Source: the human T2T-CHM13v2.0 reference genome, Homo sapiens. Taken from it: a DNA stretch of 64,000 nucleotides. The notes under the pieces are model-generated. The model searched no databases, was not told the DNA's origin, and worked only from the letters and a program-made list of their open reading frames with translations. The stretch lies in assembly GCF_009914755.1 (NCBI RefSeq), contig NC_060927.1; one strand, given 5' to 3'. Made by a program: the position numbers and the translations under genes. Position 1 is the first letter of the stretch, and every line of letters starts with the position of its first letter. This document shows positions 26,336-39,769 of this stretch, in pieces.

Positions 26336-26694
26336 GTTTGCTGAATGAATCTATGAACGAATGAAGTGACAGTTCCTCTAAGACTTAGTTTCCTTATCTG
26401 TAAAAGTGAGATGATGTCATGGGTCTCATGGAGTCCCTGTGAGCATGAAAAGAGATAACACACATGGCAGCACCTAGCACCATATGAGGCACAGATGAAG
26501 TCCCGGGGAAATAGCAGTACAGGCTGAATCAACACCCACGAGATGCCAAGGACAAGGCTAGGAAGTTGCCCAGAGAAGGGAATATAAAATCAAATTTTTT
26601 AGTAACTTTTCCCTTAAGAATCTCCCAGTTTGCTGGGGTAGAGTCAAGAACACAATTCTAAGGCAGGAGGCGGAAAGGGCCATACAAGAGTAAA
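26070..26694 (+). repeat. 145-bp direct repeat (26070-26214 / 26550-26694)
   Basis: Ungapped, offset 480 bp, 3 mismatches. Confidence 0.97.
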
Positions 26695-27689
26695 GGATGG
26701 TGTGATGTGAGATGAAGTGATGAAGAGGATTAAGGGGATACTTCCAAGGCCTTCTTAGCTTGCATGAATGGCTGGAGACAGCCTTCTAGGCAGGAGGCAC
26801 GGAGACTGGGGATGGTGAAAAGACTGGTTCATGAAGAGAGAAGCTCGGCCACAGGTGAGCAGGAGATAAGCCTGAGACAGAGGTTGGGTCAGATCACAGA
26901 GGCGGATAGAGTACAGGCTTCCTTCAGAGCAGGACTGGGAACTACTGAGGGTTGTTGAGCAGAAGTTTAAGATGACCAGGGCTACGCTTCAGGAAGGTGA
27001 AGACACCAGTGAATGGAGGGTGGGATGAATGGGAGGAGCTGGAGATCGGGTTCTTGTATCTCTTCCCCAGGACTGTAAGCCGCCAGAGGGAACCAGCCCA
27101 GGCCTCTCTGCTCACCAACTCCCCAGTATCAAGCCCTGGACTGGCCACAGAGTAAATGCTCAGCAAATACTCAATTGCACAAGACTCAAAGGCGTTCTTT
27201 CTATTTTTGGCTGGGGTTGATTGGGAAGGGAAATATTCTCAACTATGGTTCCAGAAACTACTGAATGAGGAACTCAAACCAAACTTTTCACCAGGAACAG
27301 GAAACCCAAACCCTGTGATCTCCAGCGACACCATACCCAGCCCTTAGGAACCTAAGTGATAATGTATTCGCTCTCACTGCCCACATTTTCCACACTACTT
27401 TCATGCCTGCAGGGGTCAGGGTGGCAGGCTGCTTCCTTCATGCACAGGGAGTGTGTGGACAGTGGAAAACGGTGACATGGGGCCAAGGAGGGCTCAGCCA
27501 TGGCAGCTATGGCTCCTCCAGATTGACGGAGCACAGCCCTGTCTTTCACGCTCAAATAAGCCAGTAAAATGAGGCTGACCAATCTCAAGAGCCAGCCATC
27601 ATGAATGCAGGGAACCCCAGCCCTGCCTGGTTCCTTTGCCTCTTTGCCTGTAGCTAAAGCCAGTTCAGCTCCCTTAGGGCCAGGCATTC

Positions 27690-27855
27690 TCTGTCCTGTG
27701 TATAGGATGTTTAGGAGCATCACTGGCCTCCACCCGTGAGAGGCCAGTAGCATTCCCTACCCCCAACCCCCAGTGTGACAACCAAAATTACCTCCAGACA
27801 TTGCCAAGTGTTCCCTGGGGGATAAAACTCCCCCTCTCCTGCCCAATTGAGAAAT
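27690..27855. mobile_element. MER20 hAT DNA transposon fragment
   Basis: TAGGATGTTTAGGAGCATC...GTGACAACCAAAATTACCTCCAGACATTGCCAA. Confidence 0.85.
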
Positions 27856-27867
27856 AGTACCTTGGAA

Positions 27868-28230
27868 CAAGGCTTCCAAGTGGCAGCTTCTCTGGCCTGC
27901 AGACATGTTTTGTTTGGCCATTCAGTGCTTTCAGAGCATCTGGATGCTTTCCCAGTGTTGAAAACTCAGGAAATTTCCTGCACAAGTCCTGATTTTCAGC
28001 GTCTCTGGTAATTCTAGAAGATCCAGCAATGCCGAGCCCCTGTTTCAAGTACGGTGGCCCCTTCGGTACGGGCTTGTGCTACTGCTGGTCCAGGTGACCA
28101 CAGTGCCCAGCTTCTCCCTCCACCCAGCCATGTCCTCCGTACAGCCCACAGATGTATTTTAGTTTATGACCAGACACTGGTGAGGTCTCTCAGGAAAGGG
28201 GTGGCCTCTTATCCCTCTGTGGTCCATGTT
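27868..28230. mobile_element. MER102-like hAT relic
   Basis: TCTGGCCTGCAGACATGTTTTGTTTGGCC...TCCTGATTTTCAGC. Confidence 0.55.
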
Positions 28231-28483
28231 TCACTAGCTTTGATTCCATTTACACGGGTGTTTATTGACTACCCAGTATATACCAGCCTAAACTAGGCAC
28301 TAACGACACAAAGCTGAATGAGACACGGTCCCTGCTCTCAAGCCTCCCAAAGTGCTGGGATTACAGGTATGAGTCACGGTGCCTGGCCCCATTTGTTGAA
28401 TACTATCCAAAGTCACTCCCATGTGTTATCTAATTTAAATATTTACAGGAACTGCTATAAGTATTCCCACTTGACAGATAAGT

Positions 28484-28508
28484 GGGGTGGGCGGGGGGGG
28501 GGGGGGGG
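28484..28508 (+). repeat. Poly-G run (G16) inside a MIR
   Basis: GGGGTGGGC followed by 16 G. Confidence 0.9.
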
Positions 28509-29795
28509 CTGGAGGCTCAGAATGGCTGAGCAACTTCCCCAAGGTTGCACAGCTAGAAAGTGGCAGAGCCAAGATTCATCTTTTTGATTGGTCTGACTCC
28601 AAAGTTGGCACTCATAGCAACTTACTATAATCTGCTTCCTTAGGACCTAGTTCAAGATGCAGACACACAGTGAAAAAAAGTCATCACAATGCTGTAATGG
28701 AGATGAGTCCAGACCACAAGGAAAGTACAAAGGAGGCCCTGCCCTCCAGACACCACCTACCTGTCCAATGCACTTTCTTATCACCTGTGCAGAAATCTGC
28801 ATCTCTGGGCCTTGCCCCAACTTACAAGCAGATCTCATCCTCTTTAGCTCACCTGCTCTGCTAGGAATAAACCAGACATGGTCATGTCTTGCTTCTCCCT
28901 TCCTCCTTCTACTAACAGAAGATGAGATGTTGGTGGAACAGGCTTCTGTTTGCCTGGCCACACAAGATCATCAGGCAGGGGCAGGGTCTGACCAGGCTCC
29001 AGCTCCTTGCCTTCAGTGATCAGATCAGAGACAAACACGTGTTCCAGGCTAAGCCAATGAAGAATCTTCTTTGGGACGTTTCTCATAACCACACTCTCAG
29101 ATCATTTCTCCCCTGGGGTTGCTAAAAGGGTCTTCAGGAGTCTTGCACTGCCTGCAGTACCAGGCCCACTACGGCAGACAGCCAGAGCCTTTCCGTCCCT
29201 AGATCTAGTGGTGCCTAAACAAGATTCACCTCTGGACTTCATCAGTTTACAGGATCCCATACATTTTCATTTTTGCTTATTTGAAAAAATACTAACGTAA
29301 TCCATGCTTATGTCAGTCTGTAGATACCGAAATGACCACTGAATGAGACGGCCTTCTGAAAACGCTCCACCAAGCATCAGCTTTCAAAGAGTTCCTGCAA
29401 AAGGACTAATTTCCCAACAATTAGAGCACACGCACCCTAAAGACCAGATCCCTGGCTTTAAAGAGTTTCCCACAATGCCGATTACGAAGACCTGCATACA
29501 AAAGGAGCTCTGTAAATGCCTGTGGATGAGCTCAGCATTGTGCAGAGCAGTAGGAAACTAGAGAGGAGTAAAGGATGGTCACCCATAACCCTTATTTCTT
29601 TGCACAAAAAAAAAAAAATCAAGTGAACATTAATTCATGTCAAGATGAAATCAGCTGATGAAGTTCTTGACATACACAGCTCTGAATTAAATCATTTCCT
29701 TTGCCATGAAAATCTTGCTCTGTATGATTTGATTTTGTTTTCAATGCAGGGATCATCATGCTTTTTAGGGAAAACTCTCAAAAACCTCACAGTAG

Positions 29796-30152
<357 letters not shown>

Positions 30153-31599
30153 TAAAGGGCGTGTGTCTATCTCCCTCAAAATAACTCAAAGACGGGTCAT
30201 TTCCAGAGCTAATGTCATTCTCTATGTCTAAAAAAAAATACCATCTTAAAATGTTGAGTTTTAAGAACAAGACCTCTCACACACACACACATACACACAC
30301 ACATACGCCCTTTCATTTCTCCCAATGAGACCATCCTAAACAATCTTTTAGAAAATTGTAATGCAGGAGTAAGACAGGTGGCCTTTGTTAACTCTCAGTT
30401 ATCCGTGCTGGGCCTCTCTTCTCCTGTCTCATCAAACCCTGCGTCAGCCAGCCCCCTGTCTCTCTTTTCTCACTCTTTGCTTGAGTAGATGTTCTCATGT
30501 TGGGTTACTCTTAGGGACATTTCATGATTTTCCTAATTCTGGGATTCAAAAACAACAACAGGAAACAAATACAACTCAACAACAACAACAACAACAACAA
30601 AATCCTTTGTCTCTTTCAGTCCTAAATGCCGACAGATCCTACCCACTTCTTCTCCACACTCTGGCTTGTTTTCTCATCAAATCACAAAACTTGAGACCCA
30701 CAGATGTTCCCTATTTAAATACATGATGTATGTAAGCACGGGCCATCTCCCAAAGTGATTGTGTTTTTATTTCCAAAACAAAGGCTTAAAAGGCATGTCT
30801 CAGAGGATCAGGCTTCTCCAGCCTGTGCTGGAAGGTCCACGTACCCCTGAACACAGCAGCTCCAACAGTTAACGGCTCACTCCCATTCCTAGCCAGGACT
30901 TTGGTTGCCAATAACCGGGCTATCGGCTCTCCATCCCGGCGCCAACCTCTGCTTTCAAACATCCTCCTTAGCCGGGTTCCTGCCCACCCTCTATCCTGAT
31001 CCTTGTTATTCTTCCCCTCTGCCTCCCATTTTCTTCCTTTCCCTGCTCCTGAACTCATCCCTGTTCTCTTTCCCTTCCCACACTAATTTATGCCTCCTGT
31101 TGCTGAACTCCAAATGTTGTCATCTACTCATTTTTCAAGAATGCAGATTCGAGTCCTTAGGTCTTCCTACTGTTGCCAGGGCTGGTATATTGGACTGCAA
31201 AGAAGCAGGAAGGCCCTGGAACCACCTGGACGTTCTTGGCAGTGGTGAGCCTCACTCATGCACACCCGGGAGCCCAGGCATGCACGGAGGCAGTGAGTCT
31301 AGCACCGTGGCCAGCATTTCCTTTCCCTGCAATTACTCCCAGGCTTACTTTGGGACCCTGTTTATGCTGAAAGCTTCACTTTCAGAACTGCTTTACATAA
31401 CAGGCCTGAGGAAGTCCAAGGATACCTCGGAATGGTTATGAAAAGTGACCTGACATGGTCAGGCTAGGAGTTTCTGGATCTCTACAGATAATACTAAATA
31501 TTATTAATAATGGTAATACTTATTAATAATAAGTCTTAGTACAATTACTACTAATACTATGTGCTTATAATACATACCATTGTGGATAATAACAATAAT

Positions 31600-31840
31600 A
31601 GTTATTGTTTCTTGATGTCTTAGCACGTGCCAAGCACAATGCTAACTGCTTTATGAGACAATACCTCATGTAAGCCTAAGATCAGCCCTTTATTCGAGGC
31701 ACTATTGTTGAACCTATTTTGAAGATTAGAACACAGAGGCTCAGGAAGGGTGAGTAATTTGCCCAAGGCCATAGAGCTAGTGAATGTGATATTCTCAACC
31801 AAGCTGCCTCCACTGGGAAAGTTAGCTCTCTAAGCACCTT
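31600..31840 (-). mobile_element. MIR SINE
   Basis: CAGAGGCTCAGGAAGGGTGAGTAATTTGCCCAAGGCCATAGAGCTAG. Confidence 0.75.
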
Positions 31841-32544
31841 TAAGGTCTTCTTTCCCTAAACATCTAAAAATAATTCTAAAACATGAAAACTCTTCTGCCT
31901 TAGTATAGAAAGCATATTGATATTTACAAGGCTCTGCTTTAGATCATCATAAATGTCAGATAACATACAGTGCCCCGTGCCATTTTGCAGAATCTCCTGT
32001 CATCTGTTACTCAATCCTGTCCCACCCTGGCTTCCAAGTCGAGGTAGCTGGGGATGGTGTGGAAAGTTGGGCTGAATCTCTGTGGGCCCAGAACATATTC
32101 ACATACTCAGGAGTAATCTTTCTTGATTGTGTCCCTGATGTCGATGTTTTATATACATATTCTCTCTCTCTCTCTCTCTCTAAGAGTCACTCACAGATCA
32201 GGAACTATGGTTGAGGGTAAGATGAGAGCCTGCATGCATGTCATGGGAAGTGACAGGGCTGTCTTCCTGAAAAGCCAGTATCTATGAAAACCTGAAGCTG
32301 CTCAGTTTTGAGAGGCTTTCTCCCTCTCTACATTATCTTCAGGATGACTATGGATGTTGTTAGGCTTATTTGTTGGTTTCAAAACATTATTGATCACTTA
32401 TTACTGCTGAATCACTGACTTGAGACATCACTTTAACCTCTTTGTCATTTTATAACCTGATCTTCTGTTTCACTTGAATTATTTGTGGACAGGATGTAAA
32501 TGAGGTTTGCATTGGCATTTCAAAAATGTCTCTACCTATGTATT

Positions 32545-32810
32545 CACCCATCTATCCACCTCTCCACCCATTTGCCCATCCACTCATATACTCACCCACC
32601 CATCCATTTATCCATCCACCCATCTATCCATCAACCTACCCATGCATTCATCCATCCTTTCTTTCATCCATCCATCTACCCATCAACCCACTCATCCACT
32701 CATCCATCCATTCATTCATCCATCCATATACCCATCAACCCACTCATCCACTCATCCATCCATTCATCCATCCATCCATCCATCAACCCACTCATCCATT
32801 CATCCATCTT
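32545..32810. repeat. Degenerate (TCCA)n repeat with a ~50-bp higher-order unit
   Basis: CATCAACCCACTCATCCA recurs at 32681, 32733 and 32781. Confidence 0.9.
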
Positions 32811-33960
32811 TCCTTTCCTTCCTTCCCATTCCTTTATCAATCTCCCTGATCCAGTCCCCATTATCTTTCACCACTAATATGTATACAAGTGTATATGTAT
32901 AATAACATGCACCGTCCATCCAAAATCTCTTTTCAAAGCCATTAAACATACCATATCAAATTAATCATCCTTCAACTTGTCTCTGCTCATTTCACTCCCC
33001 ATTCAAGAACCTTCAATGGATCTCTAATGTCTAGAAAATAAATCCCAGCTTCTCACTCTGACACCCAAAGGCTTCCTTGACCTGTCTCCAACCTGACTTT
33101 CCTTATTTTTACCTTTAATTTCCATTTTCCAACATCTAAAACATGCAGAAAAGGAGAGCGAACAATAACAAACACCCAGGAACACATCACTCAAATTAGA
33201 TAACAAAATTTTGTTATTTTTGCTTCAAAATTATTTTTAGGAAGCAAAATGTTATAGATACACTAGAAATGTTCTTGGTCTCCTTCCTTCCTCCCTCTTT
33301 CCTCAATTATAATTCTGACACTGCTGTGTATTCTTACACATTCTACATTTGCATAGCTTTATTTCAGCCAGGTGTCTAACCATATGAACCATATAAACTA
33401 TTCATCTGTGTTCCAAGTTTTATAAAAATATCATACTGTACCTTACTTTTTTCACCCAACATTAAGTTTTCAAGCTTTATTCACATTGATACTTGCAGAT
33501 CTAGCTCCTCTTCACTATTGTATAAGATTCCATGGTGCAACTACCCACAACCTATTTAACCATTTCCCTAGCGACGGACATTTAGGTTATTTCTCTGTTT
33601 CTCTATTAGAAACACCACTGCAGCAAACATTCTCATACAGTTTTGTGTGTGAGCAGATACGCTAGAATATCTTTGGGTTATATTTAGAAGTAAAATTGTT
33701 GGGTCAAAAGGTCCATACCCCTTCCAGCACTGTTACTAGATACTGCCTGATTGTTCTCTCAAGGAGCTGGACTTATTTACATGTTTCCTGGGAACGCATG
33801 AGGGTCCTGAGGCTCCACATTCTTGCCAGCACTTAGGATTGTTTTACCTACCAACTGGGAGTCAGATTGTATCTCATTTTGTTTTATTTTACCTTTTCCT
33901 GATTACCAGTAATTATGAGCATCTTTTCTTATATCACTGACCATTGAAGTTTCACTTTTT

Positions 33961-34276
33961 AATTTTTTTTCTTAGGCAGGGTCTTGCTCGGTTGCCCAGG
34001 CTGGAGTGCAGTAGTGTAATCATAGCTCACTGCAGCCTCAACCTCCTGGGCTCAGGAGATCCTCCCACCTCAGCCTCCTGAGAAGCTGAGACCACAAGCA
34101 CACACCACCACACCTGGCTAATTTTTTTAACATTATTATCTGTAGAGTTGGGGTCTCCCTATATTGCCCAGGCTTGTCTTCAACTCCTGGCCTCAAGCAA
34201 TCCTCCCACCTCAGCCTCCCGAAGTGCTGAGATTACAGGTGTGAGCCGCACCTGTAATCCCAGACCATATCCGGCC
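33961..34276 (-). mobile_element. AluJ SINE with a 16-nt inverted insertion
   Basis: Antisense Alu; TSD TTTCACTTT. Confidence 0.9.
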
Positions 34277-34890
34277 TAAATTTCACTTTCTGTGGCTTAT
34301 CAATTTTTATCACTTACCTGTTTCTACTGGGTTGTTTTTCCTTTTCTTATTAATTTGTAAGAGCTGATTTTATATTCTGGGTATTAACCTTTTATTGATT
34401 CTGTGTATGCCAAATATCTTCTCCTTGTCTTGGCCATATTTTCTATTTATTTATTGTTGTATGGAAGATTTTTTATTTTTATATATGAAATTAATCAATA
34501 TTTTCTTTTATGGTTTGTGCTTTCTAATGTTTTCTTTAAGCAGCCTTTTCCTACACCAAGGTTTTAAATATTAAATGTAATCTACATTGTCTTTCCAAAG
34601 TCTTGAAGTGTTGCTTTTTACCTTTAGCACCTTAAGCTTTCCAGAATAAATTTCTGTAAACTAAGGTAAAGGCCTTATATTTTTCCATATGAGGAAAGTA
34701 TATGTTTATGTATATATAAAATTAGCTCTTACAAATAATAAGAAAAGGACAATCAGTTGAATCAGCCCCATTTACTAAGTAGTCATCCTTTTCCCTTTGA
34801 TCTGTAATGCACCACTGTCGTTTACCAAGTTTCCATTTATGGAGGGCTCTCTTTCTGGGCTCTCTTCTGTCCAATTGATCAGTTTGTCTA

Positions 34891-35310
<420 letters not shown>

Positions 35311-36061
35311 AAATCTTTATTGTCTTAATTTTCTTATTATGATCCAATAAATTCAGAAACTAAAAATAAGAAGGCTTTAGAAAAAAACCTTTGAAATTAT
35401 TTTTTTAAAAACCCAAACCTAATTCTGAATAATTTGTAGTCAAAGAAATCATAATGAAAATTATGAAATATTTATATATGAATGACAATGACAGCATCAC
35501 TTATCAAAACTTCTGGGATGCAGCTAATTTGTAGCCTCAATGGCATCAATTTTCAATTATTCTCATTTTCTAATGTATGCATTTCAATGACATTTTCTAA
35601 TTGGATGTGGCTGGCACACAGAAGCATTATTAACTTCTGTATATTAATCTTTAAGCAGCCATCTTGCTGAACTCTCTTCAGCAGCAAGTGTGACTTGCTC
35701 TTGGCTTTGATAATACCTTTTATCAGGCGGAGTTCCTATTTATTCCTAATTTGCTAAGAGTTTTTGTCTTAAATGATGAAAAATCAGAAGCATGCCTTTT
35801 AAGAGTCAAGGGTGCCACTTCCCTCCACACGGCACTGGATGAAGGTCCTAGCCAAGACAATAAGGCAAGAAAAAGAAATTAGAGGTTATAAAAGAAGAGA
35901 CAAGACCACCATCATTTAGAACTAATCAGTGAGTGGTTCCTGAGCATATTTTCTTATTTCTGATCCTTTGTTTAACCTGTATGCCCTGAAAAAATTCTTC
36001 CTTCATCCCATCTCCAATCTCATTCTCATTAAATTTCTTCTCAAAGTCCAAATAATCATCC

Positions 36062-36134
36062 TAATAATAGCTAATATATAATATATTATTATATATTATA
36101 TATAATAGCTAATTATATATTTTTTACATTATTT

Positions 36135-36180
<46 letters not shown>

Positions 36181-36198
36181 CACACACATATATATATA
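36062..36198. repeat. AT-rich tract with about (TA)20, derived from an Alu tail
   Basis: Pure TA run at about 36138-36177 next to an antisense Alu. Confidence 0.92.
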
Positions 36199-36484
36199 TT
36201 AGAGACAGGGTCTCTCTCTATTGTCCAGGCTGGAGTACAGTGGTACAATCTTGGCGCACTGCAGCCCCAAAATCCCAGGCTTAAGCAATCCTCCAGCCTC
36301 AGCCTTGCAAGTAGCTTGGACTACAGGCATGAACCACCACACCTGGCTAATTTTTAATTTTTCTGTAGAGATGCGGTATTGCTATGCTGCCCAAGCTGGT
36401 CTCAAGCTCCTGGCCTCAAGCAATCCTTCCACCTTGGCCTCCCAAAGCTCTGGGGTTACAGATGTGAGCCACCATGCCTGGCCT
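36199..36484 (-). mobile_element. AluJ SINE
   Basis: Antisense dimeric Alu. Confidence 0.9.
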
Positions 36485-36807
36485 AATCGCTATAATATTA
36501 TTTATAGATTGTTTATTGTGTACCAGGTAGACATTTCATATCATTTTTTAGTCCTTACAACAACCTTTTGATGGAGGCTATTATTAGCTCCACTTTGAAA
36601 ATGACAAAACTGAGAGAGTTTAAGGGATTAGGTGGAGCTCACACAGCAGGAAAGTGGCAAAACAGAGATGAAATCAGAGTCCGGCCCCAGCCTTGGCCAC
36701 TGCACTAGACTACCCACCTCTTCGTGATCCAGGACCCAGACTTTCCTCCCACTGGCCTCTGCTTTGGTGTGGATTCCGTCTCCCACCTTCCCCAAATCTC
36801 TGCACAT

Positions 36808-37222
36808 CTGTTGTGGACGCTGTGACGCACCACTCAGATCCCCTTCGGGCCTGGGGAACGTATTCCCCCAGCTGCAGGAAAGTGCTGCCAATGGACTCCC
36901 TCAGATGTCAGCTGCTTTGGAACTGCCTTGGCTGCACAGGCATCATCTGCTCAAGCCCACAGCCTCTTTTAGAGGGAGCCCACATCCAATGACTACCCAA
37001 CAGGAGGGTTTAAAGGCTCAGCCTCCTCGCTGTAGCTCAGGACAACTCTGAAGGGCCATCCCAGCTCCCCAGCATCCTTAAGACTGCACCACAGTCCGAC
37101 TTCTCGGTTTGCTAACTCCTACTTTCCTCCCTTTTTTTCTGCAGGAGGGAATCCCAAGTATCCTCCCTGATACACCCCTGCACCGAAATACAGTCTCAGA
37201 GCTGGCTTCCCAGGGAACCCTG
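36808..37222. mobile_element. LTR16-like ERVL solo LTR
   Basis: TGTTGTGGACGCTGTG...GGACAACTCTGAAGGGCCATCCCAGCTCC...TCTCAGAGCTGGCTTCCCAGGGAACCC. Confidence 0.7.
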
Positions 37223-37479
37223 GTGATAGATCCTAATTATTTGAGGCTCGCTTCAAATGCTGTTTCCCCCACCTCTAACCTTACCCAAACCTCCCCCTCC
37301 CAGGTTAGAAGTTCTCCCTCTGAACAAACTTCTGTGGTGATAACCATCCCTCTCTGCTGTATCTGAATGAGTTACCGCTTCACACCTGTCTCTGCTTTCA
37401 GACTGCACTGGAAGCTCCTTGAGGGAGAGGAGGACATTGTGTCTGAGTCGTTTATCTAACTACTTCACTTTGTTTTAAT

Positions 37480-37756
37480 TAATTTTTTTGAGACAAGGTC
37501 TCACTCTGTCACCCAGTGCAATGCAGTGATCACAGCTCACAGCAGCTTCAACTTCCTGGACTCAAATGATCCTCCTGCCTCAACCTCCCGAGTAGCTGGG
37601 ACCACAGGCAAATGCCACCATGCCTGGATAATTTACCTTTTGTAGAGACAAGGTGTCCCTGTTTTCCAGGCTGGTCTCAAACATCTGAGCTCAAGCGATC
37701 CTCCCCCTCAACCTCCCAAAGTGCTGGGATCACAGGTGTGAGCCACTGCACCTGAC
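37480..37756 (-). mobile_element. AluJ SINE
   Basis: Antisense diverged dimeric Alu. Confidence 0.88.
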
Positions 37757-38847
37757 TCTATCTTCTTTGGCACCTGCCTTTACCACTGAGTATGGGCTCT
37801 GGGATTGGACACATCTGGATTCAAACCCTAACCTCACCTTTCTTGGCATCAGTTTCCTCATCTGTAAAATGGGATAATGGCAGCATCTTCATCTTAGGTT
37901 TGAAGAGTTAAATGTGTATAGAATGCTTAGCCCAGAGCCTGGCACACTGCAGGCGTTTGCTCACTGTTTGTTATCTATAATTATTGTTTACCTACTGTCA
38001 TGCTAGTGCTAATATATGTTTATTAAATGAGTTGGGAGTGCCTGATGATGACCGGCTTAGCAGGCTCTACTGGCAGAGTGACCGTTCGCGACTTCATCTC
38101 CCTGGGAGACGGTGGAGATTGGCTGAAGGCGCCTCATCCCTTGGCAGGGTGCCCACTCTGCTCTCTCCCTCCTCCTTCCCCATGCAGGCCTCATAGCTGG
38201 ACCCTCCAGCATGCAAACCCTCACTCCACTCTCTCATGCAACCAAAAAATAAAAAATAAACTTGGCTTTGAATCCAAGGCCAGTGGGTGCTTTTGATCTC
38301 GGTTACAAAGCAAGGCAATTATTGAACACAAAAAGCCCTGATTTATTTATAAAATGCGATGGACATCTTCGAGGCGGGAACGAGAAAACTCACTCAAGAC
38401 CAAGTCCTTGTTGCCACACAGTGAATGGCTGCTTTCAAACACAAGCCCCCCACATGGCCTCGCTTCTCTGCAAAGAGTCTTTCCTCATTAGTGCTTCCTC
38501 CCAACACCACAGCTTCCAACCATCAAATTCACATCACGGCCGGGGCAAGTAATTAAATTCCACAGGCATCAGAGCATAGAATAATGGATGGCTATTGTTA
38601 AGGAAGCTGAAGAAAACAGAATGAGGCTGGAAATGGAATGGGCTTCAATACCCAGTTTCAGAAACGGTTAGCGGGGAGCAGGAGAGCAAGTGGGATGCAG
38701 ACTGACCCTCCCACCTGGTGCAGCACATGGGGTAGTGGCTTTAGTCCTGGAGCTGGAGGTGAAAACCTGAGTTTGGAGCCAGACTCTGCATTTGCCAAAC
38801 ATGAGCCTCAATTTCCTCATCTGTGAAATGAGGAGGTTGGACTAGGA

Positions 38848-39032
38848 GTCATTCTCCATGTATGGTCCCCAGACCAGAAGCATGAGTATCACCTGGGAAT
38901 ATGCTAGAAATGCAGGTTCTCAGGCCCCACCTTAAACCTACTGAATCGGAAACTGTGGGGCCGGGGCCCAGCAGTCTGCATTTAATAAAGCCTCCAGGTG
39001 ATCCTGATGCATGCTAGATTTTAAGAACCGCA
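38848..39032. mobile_element. MER5A hAT MITE
   Basis: GGTCCCCAGACCAG...TAGAAATGCAGGTTCTCAGGCCCCACC...GGTGATCCTGATGCA. Confidence 0.85.
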
Positions 39033-39769
39033 GTGAGGTAATGTTTGAAGACAAGGCCAAATACTCAAATGCACAAAGGGCCAGAGAGGCAAAATCAAGG
39101 AGCCAAGTAAGGTAAAATACGCCAGCAGGGTCAGTGGAGTGGCAGAGACAGCGTGCCTAGGCTGACGGGGCTGGCAGCCACTCAGCTACCGCTAGCTGAT
39201 GCCACGTGTGAGTCCACGTGGGGCTGGTATAGTCAAAGCTTCTGATTTTGCAAGAGAAACACAAAATCGTGATTTTAGGAGAAATCTTTAAATGTTTAAA
39301 TGTCAACTTAATCTTTCTTAACATAGTAAGGGCCAAGAAGATTATACGTCAGAGCCAAACTCAGTTGTGCACTGCCATTTTTCAGCCTCTGTTCTGAGTT
39401 TTTTCCTTCGACCTCCATCACCACAAACTCTACCCACTGGCTCTTACCTTTCTCCAGACCCTGAACTCCCAACCTCCTTTCCCCATTCAGCAGGCTCTTA
39501 TTCATCCGTCAACACCCAACTCCAGGGGCACTTCCACTGTGAATTTATTCTCAACTCTTTGCCCCACTTTCCACCTCTCACTAAGAAGACAGAGAAGAAG
39601 CAAACAGGAGGCCAAAGAATTGACACACAGAAGGTGACACCGAGGAGGAAGACATGGAGAAGTTACAAAACAGCCTTTTCCCACAGAGGAGGAATTAGGA
39701 CCTCTTGGCAGTTACCCTCCTGCTGCTTGAAAAATCACTCAAATAAGGACACCGATCCCATTTGACCAG

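Noticed and set aside
27728-27750. CTCF site usually carried by MER20
   Set aside because: The core CCACTAGATGCCAG is degraded here to CCGTGAGAGGCCAG.
30385-30726. ORF with a poly-Q stretch
   Set aside because: (CAA)n microsatellite at about 30550-30600 in intronic DNA.
30905-31441. 178-aa plus-strand ORF
   Set aside because: Pyrimidine-rich low-complexity translation, non-ATG start, no recognisable homology.
32500-32902. His/Pro/Ile/Ser-rich ORFs in three frames
   Set aside because: Translation of the (TCCA)n repeat.
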